Shown here one piece after another: positions 19,788 through 28,878 of a stretch of 64,000 bases of DNA. The stretch is from an uncultured delta proteobacterium (lineage in GTDB: Bacteria > Myxococcota > B64-G9): the NCBI GenBank assembly GCA_963754925.1, contig CAVWHX010000012.1, positions 115,914 to 179,913 of the forward strand, written 5' to 3'. The position numbers and the translations under genes are program-made. The number at the start of each line of letters is the position of its first letter. Within the stretch, counting starts at the first letter, position 1. Below the pieces are notes generated by a model, which worked only from the letters and a program-made list of their open reading frames with translations, did not search any database and was not told where the DNA came from.

Positions 19788-21025
19788 TTACGATCTTCGC
19801 AGTTTCAATCCAATCAGGCCGAGGAGCAGTCCAAGCAGCCCAACCATGCTGCCGCTTCCCGCGGCCGTCGAGCAGCCACTGCCGACAGGGCTCCCCGATG
19901 CGGTTAGACTCATTGAGGTGCTGGCTGTCTGGACGTCGGGATACTGAGCGTCGGGGAACACCAACTTGGCGTTCATTTGAATGCCGTACGTACCCGGCAT
20001 ATCCGGTGTGAACTCAACTGCACGGCCCGTCTCATAGTGATAGTTGTAGGGAGTTGACAGCGACGACGATCCCACCGGGTTGCTGATGGTTGCATTCGAA
20101 CCCTCCGGGCGAGTCACAACGCTCCAGGAGTATTGAATCGAGGCGTTCTCTCGGTTGGCCCAGAAAGTAAGCGCCAGCTTGTCACCGGTTTTGGCCGACA
20201 GGTCGCCGGTGGCTACGGTGAACGCCAGGGTCGGATCCATGCACGTATCAGAGTTGTCGACTTTGTAGCAGAACCTATTGGAGCAAGCATCCCCAACCCC
20301 ATCATGATCCGAATCGGCCTGATCGGGGTTGTAAACCTTTTCGCAATTGTCTCTACTGTTAGCAACTCCATCGCCGTCCATGTCCCAGTCACAGGCATCG
20401 CCGATACCGTTATGGTTGATGTCAGACTGATCGGGATTATAAACTTCCGGACAGTTGTCTAACCAATCCGGAACGCCGTCTTTGTCAGTGTCTACACTAT
20501 TATCTTTCGGAAGATTCGGATTACAGGCATCGCCTAAAGGATTACCATAAGCATCCTTAGCATCGGTCGTATAGTTCTGGCTCGGGTTGTAGACATCAGG
20601 GCAGTTGTCTATTTCATTGGGTATACCGTCGCCATCTCTGTCTGGATCGCAGGCGTCGCCGATGCCATTGTTGTTCTCGTCCCTTTGATCTTTATTAGGC
20701 ACCAGCGGGCAGTTGTCGCAGGCATCGCCAATACCATCGTGGTCGGTGTCAGTCTGATCGGGATTAACACAAACGGGCAGTTATCGAAGTCATCCTCAAT
20801 CCCATCCCCATCATAGTCGTCGGCATACTGATAGGTAACGCCCAGGTCGGTATTGGCAATCAAGATGCTGCCGCAGCCGCAGCCGCAACCGCCGCCCGAC
20901 TCGTTAGGGGTTCCGCAAAGACCTCCGCTGCACTCTCCCGGCGCCGGCGTGGTCTGCGCAAATGCGTAACCCGCCACCAGGAGCGTCGCCATCGCTACCA
21001 ACGCTATCATTACAAATTTCTTCAT
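19788..21025 (-). CDS. Thrombospondin type 3 repeat protein with MYXO-CTERM sorting signal (MtsC-like), frameshifted near 20767
   Basis: Signal peptide, ECSGGLCGTPNESGGGCGCGCGS, many DNCP..YNPDQ.D.D.DG.GDAC repeats, Ig/PKD-like domain, C-terminal GSGCSTAAGSGS-hydrophobic-KLRRS; adding one base at GTG TT AAT joins the two ORFs; AGGAGG SD. Confidence 0.85.
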
Positions 21026-21106
21026 GTCCTGCCTCCTTTCAATTCCTTGGTATTTCGTAAAGCGGTTCATTGCCTAATTCACTCCTTATGCTTCCAAATA
21101 ACCTTA

Positions 21107-21124
21107 TTGCTATCTCTGTGCCAA
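21107..21124 (-). promoter_or_regulatory. Sigma-54 (-24/-12) promoter of the mtsC-like gene
   Basis: TTGGCACAGAGATAGCAA: GG-N10-GC spacing with TGGCAC core. Confidence 0.7.
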
Positions 21125-21346
21125 AAGTTCATCTTGACCTCAATAAAGAATTACATTCAAATTCAATGTATTATAAATCAGGGTTATATTCGGTAGGACT
21201 AAATGTGGGTACTACAGTCTACACATTTAAACAGAATTACCAGTTTTTCAATAGAGTTGAAAAATAATTATCTTTTTTGTAAATATAAACAAGATATTTA
21301 ACTTTGTTACCAATAGCCCCCAGCCTTTTAGTACATTATTTACGAG

Positions 21347-21364
21347 TGTCGACTAAAGTCTACA
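21347..21364. promoter_or_regulatory. Palindromic candidate activator-binding site
   Basis: TGTCGACTAAAGTCTACA is a near-perfect palindrome; related ACTACAGTCTACA at 21211-21223; upstream of the sigma-54 site. Confidence 0.45.
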
Positions 21365-21515
21365 GGAACACATTGCGGATAAGAATTAGGTATCCGTCCC
21401 CTGAAGCTCACAATTTTCTAAAAAAACAAGAAATATAGGTTGGTTAATTATTGGTAGCTAGTCTAATTCACTAAAATTATCAGTCAGGTAACTAACTGAA
21501 AAAATCACCGATCAA

Positions 21516-23135
21516 TCAATTGGAACGCATACAGCGCCCATAAGTCGGATTATTCGCATTCGTGTAACCTGGTGGAAGGTATTGGTCATCTGCCCCAGTG
21601 CCGAAATCAACATACCATATATCACCATTTCCACTGTATGTGTTATTCGACCAGTATATACACAATGAAACCGATCCCCTAATACAAAGAGTTTCAGCTT
21701 CTGGAAAAGCGCACGTGTCTATAGCCGGGATAGTGTATGTTACAATAAGACTTTCCAACTGAGCCATTGTTGGGAGAGAATATCCATACTTCGAGCAATC
21801 CATATTATACCAAGTTCCTTCCTCTGACGTCCGCCTCCAAATGAGGTTGGTAGTATGGTCAACAACCTCATCGTAAGTTGGCAAACCTGGTCCCTCTATA
21901 TTTATCTGGAATGTGTACCGATAAACACACTGCCCAGCAGTGCAAGTCGGCCCGCAGTGAGTATTAGAGTCATTTTGACATACCTGACAAGGAGCCCCTC
22001 CTGCACCGCAGTTAGCAATGTCTGTACCACTCATACAGGTGTTTCCACTTAAGCAGCCACTACAAGGGCAGTCATTATCGTTGTTGTAGTTACAACCAGC
22101 CGGGCAGCAGCCGTCGCCGCTAGTACAGGCTGTTATCGTTTCATGGGTGCAGACGACATTACAAGTGGCAGCGCTTCCCGTCAATGTGTCAGTAGTACAC
22201 GCGTTATTGTCGTCGCAGCTTGTTGGACACGAGCTCGGCGGATCACAGGTCTCTTTAGGGGGCTCGACCACACCGTTGCCGCAGCTGGCCGAGCAGTCAT
22301 TATCGTTGTTGTAGTTACAACCAGCCGGGCAGCAGCCGTCTTCGATATTGCCACTGCACGCCGTGATCGGCGTGTTTACGCACGCTGCCGTGCAGGTGCC
22401 GGCGTTCTGTAGCTTCGAGGGGGTACAGGGGTCAGTGGTGGTGCAGGTCGTTGGGCAAGCGCCAGATTGATTAGCGGCAATTCCGGTGTCGCAGGTTTCG
22501 CCGCTCTCGACTACGCCGTTGCCGCACACGGGCTTGCAGTCACTATCGTTGTTTGCGTTACAACTAGCCGGGCAACAACCGTCGCCGTTAATACACTCAA
22601 GCGTGCAACCTGTTATCTTTATTTCATGATTAAATATCGCAATAGAGTTATCGACCCCTTTTACATCTGTTCCGTGTCTGGTGTTGTCTTTTACGGTAAC
22701 TGTAATCGTTAGTGCATCACTATCGGTGGTTGGTTTGCTTGGATATTGAGTTGTCCCGTTACTGGTGTCATTCTGTAGCCAGGCCTTGGTATTGTCGCTG
22801 TCATCCTCTATGAGAACCAGCCACCCTAATTTGTTCTCATTATCATTTAGTTTTGCTAACGACCAGCTATATGGAGGAATACCGCCACTTGCCGTCAACT
22901 CAACCTTATAATACTCGCCTACCGTGGCATCCTGCCAACTGACGGCATCGACCTTCACAGGTTGGTCTACTTCCTTACATTTCCCACACGCATCCATGGT
23001 GCATTCTGTGGACTTACCGTGGACCGGAACACATTGATCATTGCTGGTGCAGCAGTAATTGTCGTTGGTGGCGCACCCGGCTATCATCGTCAGAGCCATG
23101 GCCATAATCGAATTAACCAAGATATTCTTTATCAT
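21516..23135 (-). CDS. Mosaic surface lipoprotein: putative Ig domain, Cys-rich repeats, C-terminal DUF1566/Lcl-like lectin domain
   Basis: Lipobox IAGC; DATVGEYYKVELTASGGIPPYSWS (putative Ig); CGNGVVE..ETCD myxobacterial Cys repeats; VVDHTTNLIW...LPTMAQLESL...YWS...WYVDFGTG...GRCMR (DUF1566 pattern). Confidence 0.82.
   Translation of the reverse strand: MIKNILVNSIMAMALTMIAGCATNDNYCCTSNDQCVPVHGKSTECTMDACGKCKEVDQPVKVDAVSWQDATVGEYYKVELTASGGIPPYSWSLAKLNDNENKLGWLVLIEDDSDNTKAWLQNDTSNGTTQYPSKPTTDSDALTITVTVKDNTRHGTDVKGVDNSIAIFNHEIKITGCTLECINGDGCCPASCNANNDSDCKPVCGNGVVESGETCDTGIAANQSGACPTTCTTTDPCTPSKLQNAGTCTAACVNTPITACSGNIEDGCCPAGCNYNNDNDCSASCGNGVVEPPKETCDPPSSCPTSCDDNNACTTDTLTGSAATCNVVCTHETITACTSGDGCCPAGCNYNNDNDCPCSGCLSGNTCMSGTDIANCGAGGAPCQVCQNDSNTHCGPTCTAGQCVYRYTFQINIEGPGLPTYDEVVDHTTNLIWRRTSEEGTWYNMDCSKYGYSLPTMAQLESLIVTYTIPAIDTCAFPEAETLCIRGSVSLCIYWSNNTYSGNGDIWYVDFGTGADDQYLPPGYTNANNPTYGRCMRSN
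22068..22583. repeat. Three intragenic 48-bp repeats encoding DGCCPAxCNxNNDxDC
   Basis: 22068-22115 and 22293-22340 are identical; 22536-22583 differs at 7 positions. Confidence 0.9.
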
Positions 23136-23333
23136 AAGTCTTACTCCAGATCGGTATTATAGTGTTATACTCTTATCAACCTAATCTAACCTAAGTCCTA
23201 ACATGTGTTATAGATTATAGCTTCCTCCTTGATAACCGTCAACGATAATTCGTAATCCACCCTTGACCTATCCTTAATTGATTTCGAGCCATGTTGAGTG
23301 GATAGTTGCTTCAAAATTCTTGTAACTATTTAC

Positions 23334-23349
23334 AGCAATCGCTATGCCA
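23334..23349 (-). promoter_or_regulatory. Sigma-54 promoter of the DUF1566-like lipoprotein gene
   Basis: TGGCATAGCGATTGCT: close match to TGGCACNNNNNTTGCW. Confidence 0.75.
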
Positions 23350-23467
23350 TATTTTGAGGCAAAGGTAACTAGGTAGGCTTTTTATATAACATATTATTAT
23401 AAATAAGTATTTTTAGTAAACTCAATATTTGAATTTCTTTTTGTACGTGCTCTTCAACCCAACCTGC

Positions 23468-23504
23468 TGTCCGAGGTTCGTACAGAGGTGTCCGAAATTC
23501 GACA
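23468..23504. promoter_or_regulatory. Tandem candidate enhancer (UAS) sites
   Basis: TGTCCGAGGTTCGTACA and TGTCCGAAATTCGACA in tandem, ~120-155 bp upstream of the sigma-54 site across an AT-rich spacer. Confidence 0.45.
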
Positions 23505-23718
23505 TTTGCTATCGTTAACAAATACCATGGAACTTATAACTGCTTGACTTATTAGTTATTTATGTTTCCGTGTGCCGGATCCCAAACAGTTCCCTGAGAC
23601 TATTAGTCTATTTTTTTATCTGAAATAATCATAGTTTTCGACGAAAGAACTAAGCGTGTTTTTCGAGGTGGTCCATCATCGAGCTTTCAACACCTTAAGA
23701 GGCTGGTTTCGTGATTGT

Positions 23719-25407
23719 TTAATCGATATCTTTCCGCCGAAAACGTTCAGCAATAATATCGGCAACTCTGAAACTGTTGGCGATGATAGTAGGGGTGGCG
23801 GGTGCGCCGCCGGAGGTCGGCATGAAGCTCCCATCGGTCACGTAAAGGTTTTTCACCTCGTGCGCCTGGCACGAGGGATCAAGAACCGATTGGCTTGGCT
23901 CGGTTCCAAATCGGCAGGTGCCGCCCTGCAGATGGTAGGTCGTCGTTCCCCAGGTCCAGGCGTTGACCTGTTTGGGAGCAGGTTTTATCGCATTGAAGAC
24001 ATCCATCGATTGTTTCACCATCCACCGGCTGACCTCTTGATCCGCCGGATGATGCTTGATACTGATGCGCGCGGCGGGCAACCCGAAGCGATCCTTTACA
24101 CCGGGGTCAAGGTCCATGGAGCAACCCTGCCAGGGTAAAAATTCACCGAAAATTTCGCATTCCATCCATATCTCGTCATGGAAATACTGATGCATACGAT
24201 CCTTGAGAGGCTGGCCCCAAAGGGCCCAATTTGAATCCAGGGCAAGGCGGACCGCGGCGTTTATGGGATTGGGATGATGAAATAAAAAGTTATAGGTGCC
24301 GCCTTTGGGGAGCGCCAAGCCGGCCTTTTCAATCCAATAATGATCCTGGCAGCTTCGTTGGAGAAACGGCAGACTCATACCCTCTAGGCCCAGCCGTGCG
24401 GTAAGCGCTTGACGATCGAAAATGGCGGTAGATTTTCCAAAGGTTGAAAATGTCAGGTTTTTGCCTACCAACCCGCTTCCGTTTGCCAATCCATGGGGAA
24501 AAGCGTTACCGGTTGAGAGCAATAAGAGCCTCGCGCTTTCGATGGCCGATGCCGCCAGAACAACCACCCGCGCAAATATCTCGCGCGTTGAACCATCGCG
24601 CTGGACGTACTCGACTGAATGCGCACGAGCGTGCTCATCTACGTTAATCCGACAAGCCATGCAGCCCGCTCTAATCTCGCAACGGCCGGTAGCCTCGGCT
24701 TCCGGGATCAAAGTCGAGAGCATCGAGGATTTCGAGCCGTTTTCGCAGCCGTACTCGCCGCAGAAGCCACAATAGTTACAGGGCGGTCGGCCACCGTACG
24801 CCCGTGACAACAGTGCGCGCTGCGTCGGAAAAGGATGGAGATGCAGCGAGCTACCTGCCTCGTCGATGAGCAAAGCCGCCGGATGCTGCCGCACGGCTGG
24901 TAGCGGAAAAGGCCTGCGGGGCGGCTCGAACGGGTTGGTGCCGGCCTGGCCAGACATGCCCAGAAGCACCTCGGCGCGATCATAGTATGGGGTGAGCTCA
25001 GCGAGCGTCAGAGGCCAGTCGGCAAGCTGGGCGTCCGCAATGCCGCCTGTAAGGCTTTTCAGGCGCAGATCTTTTTCGTTGAAGCGGTATGAAAATCCGC
25101 TCATGTGAACGGTCCCGCCCCCCACGCACTGGCTAATCCAACCCTCGATGGTTCGATGTGCCTGGGTCTCGTCGCCCTTGCGAATGGTATGGGGATCGTC
25201 TTGGATAGAGGGGATGAAGAAATTGCGCCGGCAGATGGCGACTTCATCATGGGTGAAATCACGCACGGAATAGTACGGGCCTTTTTCCAATACCACCACC
25301 TGCGCGCCGGCCTGAGCCAAGGTGAGCGCCACCGGCGCCCCGCCCGCTCCGCTGCCAATCACGACCACGTCAACCGTGTCTTTCCGTGCGGGTATCCCCG
25401 GTGTCAT
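23719..25407 (-). CDS. GMC-family FAD oxidoreductase (gluconate 2-dehydrogenase alpha-like)
   Basis: DVVVIGSGAGG, CVGGGTVH, CNYCGFCGEYGC, HLQGGTCRFG, NLYVTDGSFMPT..PTPTIIAN; ATG 25407 overlaps upstream TGA. Confidence 0.92.
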   Translation of the reverse strand: MTPGIPARKDTVDVVVIGSGAGGAPVALTLAQAGAQVVVLEKGPYYSVRDFTHDEVAICRRNFFIPSIQDDPHTIRKGDETQAHRTIEGWISQCVGGGTVHMSGFSYRFNEKDLRLKSLTGGIADAQLADWPLTLAELTPYYDRAEVLLGMSGQAGTNPFEPPRRPFPLPAVRQHPAALLIDEAGSSLHLHPFPTQRALLSRAYGGRPPCNYCGFCGEYGCENGSKSSMLSTLIPEAEATGRCEIRAGCMACRINVDEHARAHSVEYVQRDGSTREIFARVVVLAASAIESARLLLLSTGNAFPHGLANGSGLVGKNLTFSTFGKSTAIFDRQALTARLGLEGMSLPFLQRSCQDHYWIEKAGLALPKGGTYNFLFHHPNPINAAVRLALDSNWALWGQPLKDRMHQYFHDEIWMECEIFGEFLPWQGCSMDLDPGVKDRFGLPAARISIKHHPADQEVSRWMVKQSMDVFNAIKPAPKQVNAWTWGTTTYHLQGGTCRFGTEPSQSVLDPSCQAHEVKNLYVTDGSFMPTSGGAPATPTIIANSFRVADIIAERFRRKDID

Positions 25408-25937
25408 CACTTTGGCCTCGGTGCCCACCAACAGGGCTCGTACCCGATAAAGCGCCAGCCGACCTGATCGCGGTTGCCGCCGTACTTCGGGTCGGCTAAA
25501 TATCCCTCCACGGTCAGTGTCAGAAGCCGCTGAAAGAACCCAAGGCTATCAAAACCCCTCTCCTTGATCTCACCTTTCTCAAACATCTTGAGCAGAGCGT
25601 CTTGGTGTTCCGGCGCGCATGCGGCAAAAACCTGGTTGTGGGCGGATTTGGCCTGCCGATCCAATACCTCGGCGCCAACCTTGAATTCGCGGCGCACGCC
25701 GGCAAATTCTCTCGTCTTCAACCAATACCGCAGATGGGCAGGCACCCCGGCCTGGTTTGCTCCAGGCAGTATTCGCTCCACGGCAGCTTGCAAGGCCGTC
25801 CAGTTATCAACCGAAAGCTCATGTTCCGGTCCGGGAGCTTGCTCCGGCGGCGGCTTGCCTTTTTTACTGCAGTTCGCAAGCAGCGCCGCGCCACTCCAAC
25901 CGATCGCGCCCGAAAAAATCCGACGCCGGGTAACCAT
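25407..25937 (-). CDS. Gluconate 2-dehydrogenase subunit 3-family Tat protein
   Basis: TRRRIF twin-arginine signal; ERILPGA.QAGV and EGYLADPKYGGNRDQVGWRFIGY signature. Confidence 0.9.
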   Translation of the reverse strand: MVTRRRIFSGAIGWSGAALLANCSKKGKPPPEQAPGPEHELSVDNWTALQAAVERILPGANQAGVPAHLRYWLKTREFAGVRREFKVGAEVLDRQAKSAHNQVFAACAPEHQDALLKMFEKGEIKERGFDSLGFFQRLLTLTVEGYLADPKYGGNRDQVGWRFIGYEPCWWAPRPK

Positions 25938-26960
25938 TTAATACCGACCTCCCGGGTTTTCCTCATGGCATGCTACGCACGCCTTACGATGCTCACCGAC
26001 GAAGGGACACTCCCTGCGGTCGCCCGCCTCCGGTACTCCGGTCATATGGCAACGGCCGCAACGCAATTCGTCGCGGTACCAATCAACGATATACACACAG
26101 CGGTGCCTAAAAGCGCCGCCGGCTTTCCCGGCCGGCCCGGCATGGCAGCTTATGCACGGCGCTTCGACGAGCGCGGTGCTCCGGCCGCGCAGGGTGCAGT
26201 TTGTCGGGCGCGGCAACACCAGGCTTTCAAGAAAAATCTGCAGATCGGTGAGCGCCTCTCTATCGCCGGCAAAGGTATGATGAAACGAAGGCATGGTCGA
26301 GCCCGGAAAGTTGGCAGTCGGATCAAGCAGGCTTTGTTCGAGGTATTTTAGGCTGTGACGCCCGATCGCGCGCAGATCCGGGCCGAAATCCCAACCGCCG
26401 CGGCCCTCGCCGGAAAGCGGATGGCATCCATTGCAACCAAGCGTAAGAAACCGTTCGACACCTTTTGTGAGCCGCTCCATCCCCTTTCCATCGCCGGGCA
26501 CATGGCAGCGGGCGCAACTCGCCTGCATATGCGGCGATGTCTGCAGCGGGTCCGTAGTATCAGTACCAGGTGCGGCATGAGCTACCGAAGGCGTAAGCGC
26601 CCGACCGGTCCCGCCGTGGCAGGCGCTGCAGCCGAATTGATCGGGCGGGTGCCCGGTCAGCGAAACGGAATGCCTTCGAAGCGGGAGGGGATAGGTCGCG
26701 CCAACCGGCGACTGATTATCTATCCCTCGGTGACAGGTGGTGCAGCGATCAACGTCGCCGGTGCACGCTTGGATCTGAATCAGGCCGTTTTCGTGGTCGA
26801 CCCCGCCAGTCGCCAACGCGCGATAGCGTTCCTGATAGTGGCGCCAGGGTTGCGTAAGATCGCGGAACGCCACTATGGCACAGACCGCCGCGATGCACAG
26901 CGCGCCGCCGGCAAAAGCCCAGCGTAACCGCCGAGCGTCGTTTTTTGGATCAAGAGCCAC
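25938..26960 (-). CDS. Membrane-anchored multiheme cytochrome c (7 CxxCH)
   Basis: N-terminal TM; CTTCH, CSACH, CARCH, CNGCH, CISCH, CGRCH, CVACH; GPDL and SLLDP...TMP class-I cytochrome features. Confidence 0.9.
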   Translation of the reverse strand: MALDPKNDARRLRWAFAGGALCIAAVCAIVAFRDLTQPWRHYQERYRALATGGVDHENGLIQIQACTGDVDRCTTCHRGIDNQSPVGATYPLPLRRHSVSLTGHPPDQFGCSACHGGTGRALTPSVAHAAPGTDTTDPLQTSPHMQASCARCHVPGDGKGMERLTKGVERFLTLGCNGCHPLSGEGRGGWDFGPDLRAIGRHSLKYLEQSLLDPTANFPGSTMPSFHHTFAGDREALTDLQIFLESLVLPRPTNCTLRGRSTALVEAPCISCHAGPAGKAGGAFRHRCVYIVDWYRDELRCGRCHMTGVPEAGDRRECPFVGEHRKACVACHEENPGGRY

Positions 26961-28311
26961 CCGGCCAGCCCTCCCAAGGCCAATAAAACTCCCACCCCGG
27001 CCCGCGGCACAATCCCATGAGCGTAAAACCCAGAAGCGCCACCGCCAAAACCAGAAACCCGGCGAGAAAAGCGTTTCGGCTTGATCCGGTCAAGCCGCCC
27101 GCGACCAGGGTTGCGACCACCGAGAGCGCGAGCATGCCGGCCGCCGGGTTGAACAAGTCCTGCAGCCAGTTACTCGGCAGTACGGCGCCGGCGCCACCCT
27201 GCCGCAGCTTTAAATATTCAAACAGCACGAAGAGAATCGCCGCCGCAGCAACCGTTATCGCCGCCGTCCGCCTGCCGGCCCGAGTTCCAAACCATCGTCC
27301 CGTTCCCCGGTCCTCGCGCTCGAAGAAGGGCAGCAGCAGCAACCCCAGTACCAGGCATCCCGGAAAAACAAACCCGCCGACCGGAGCCGAGTACGAAACC
27401 ATTTCCTGAAGCCAGAGAAAATACCAGGGCGCCCGTTCGATATCGCCGGGATGATGCGGATCGGCCGGGGACCCCAGCGGGGCGTAAACCACACTCGCCA
27501 GGACGAAGAACACCGCAACCACCCCCATGACCACGAGCGCCTCACGAAGGATAAGGTGCGGCCAGGCCGGGAGTGTCGGCAGCGATTGCCCGGGTTCGGC
27601 AGCGAGGCCATCATCCTTGCGAATACGCCACAGGTGCACGGTCAAAAGCACCAGCGCGGCGATCGGCAACAGCGCCACGTGCAGAACATAGAAACGCAGC
27701 AGGGTCGGTTGAGCCACCTGCGGACCGCCCAACAGCATTTCCTTCAAGAGCCTGCCCACGACCGGAATATGATCCAGCAAACTTACGGCTACGCTGACGG
27801 CCCAGTAGCTGAGCTGATCCCACGGCAGCAGGTAGCCGGTAAAAGCAAGCCCGAATGTCAGCCCAAGCAACGAAAGCCCAAAAAGCCAATTCAGGGCGCG
27901 TCGTCGGTAGGCGCCGGTGACGACGATACGCACGAGGTGTAACGCTACCGTGACCACCATGCCGTGCGCGGCAAAGCGATGGAGCGCGCGCACCCATGCG
28001 CCAAAGCTAACCGCATACTGAATGTCCTGAACGCTCGGATACGCATCGGCCGTGGTTGGCATATAGTAAAACATCAACAAAATGCCGGTGACCGTCAGCA
28101 GAAAAAACAACGTGGCGGTGATAATTCCCAACCCCAACGTCAGCCAGGGACTCAGGGCTCGCTCGGTAACCCGTAGGGGGTGCAGGTGCAGGATAAACTT
28201 CTGACGCATCCGATGCGTGGTGTCTTGGTAAGCGACGGGACACAACTCCTCCTTGAGGTTTGCCGGGAGCTTGATCAGGTTGCCCCAGAGCGTGCTTAAG
28301 AAAACACTCAC
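26950..28311 (-). CDS. Cytochrome b (b/b6 N-terminal + subunit IV-like region, extra TM helices)
   Basis: [54 protein letters not shown]. Confidence 0.93.
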   Translation of the reverse strand: MSVFLSTLWGNLIKLPANLKEELCPVAYQDTTHRMRQKFILHLHPLRVTERALSPWLTLGLGIITATLFFLLTVTGILLMFYYMPTTADAYPSVQDIQYAVSFGAWVRALHRFAAHGMVVTVALHLVRIVVTGAYRRRALNWLFGLSLLGLTFGLAFTGYLLPWDQLSYWAVSVAVSLLDHIPVVGRLLKEMLLGGPQVAQPTLLRFYVLHVALLPIAALVLLTVHLWRIRKDDGLAAEPGQSLPTLPAWPHLILREALVVMGVVAVFFVLASVVYAPLGSPADPHHPGDIERAPWYFLWLQEMVSYSAPVGGFVFPGCLVLGLLLLPFFEREDRGTGRWFGTRAGRRTAAITVAAAAILFVLFEYLKLRQGGAGAVLPSNWLQDLFNPAAGMLALSVVATLVAGGLTGSSRNAFLAGFLVLAVALLGFTLMGLCRGPGWEFYWPWEGWPGGS

Positions 28312-28841
28312 GACTGTTTGTCCTTCGTCGGCAAGACTCCGAGCACCGAGTCACTGCGCGCGAGGGGTGACGGCGCTGGCGATACCTCACTGCCGACATC
28401 AACCCAGACCCGTCCGTCTGATTCCAACCATACGTGATACCACGGCAGCGGCCGACGGGCCGGCCCGGAAAGCACCTGTCCGCGAGCATCATAACGCGCG
28501 CCATGACAAGGACACAGAAATCCCTCGGCCGTTCGGCGTACGACACACCCCAGGTGGGTGCAGCGCGTGGAAAATGCTCCGAGACCCATCTCATCGCGCA
28601 CCACAAACAGCTCGTTTTCGCGGAGCCAGGTTAGGGTGCCTACCCGGAAGTCCGACAACCGTCCGATGGGATAGATACGGGGAGGACCCACGGCAATCCC
28701 CGGTCGCAAAAAACGTCCCGTGCCCAACAGAGCGGCGACGCTCGCCGAACCCAGCAGCCACCGGCTGATCCTCAGTAACACATCCCGCCGACTGAGCGAC
28801 TCTCGGGCAAGGTCTGATGGGTCTTCGTTTTGCCGCGCCAT
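28308..28841 (-). CDS. Rieske [2Fe-2S] protein
   Basis: Tat motif SRRDVL; boxes CTHLGC and [15 protein letters not shown]. Confidence 0.93.
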   Translation of the reverse strand: MARQNEDPSDLARESLSRRDVLLRISRWLLGSASVAALLGTGRFLRPGIAVGPPRIYPIGRLSDFRVGTLTWLRENELFVVRDEMGLGAFSTRCTHLGCVVRRTAEGFLCPCHGARYDARGQVLSGPARRPLPWYHVWLESDGRVWVDVGSEVSPAPSPLARSDSVLGVLPTKDKQS

Positions 28842-28878
28842 GCGCCGAACAGCCTTTCTAGAAGTATCGAAATCCAGT

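Noticed and set aside
22068..22583. 48-bp direct repeats as a CRISPR array
   Set aside because: They are in-frame coding repeats separated by ~180-195 bp of coding sequence, and no cas genes are present.
21400..23700. Complete diversity-generating retroelement
   Set aside because: No reverse transcriptase, Avd gene or template repeat seen in the window; kept only as a possible remote target.
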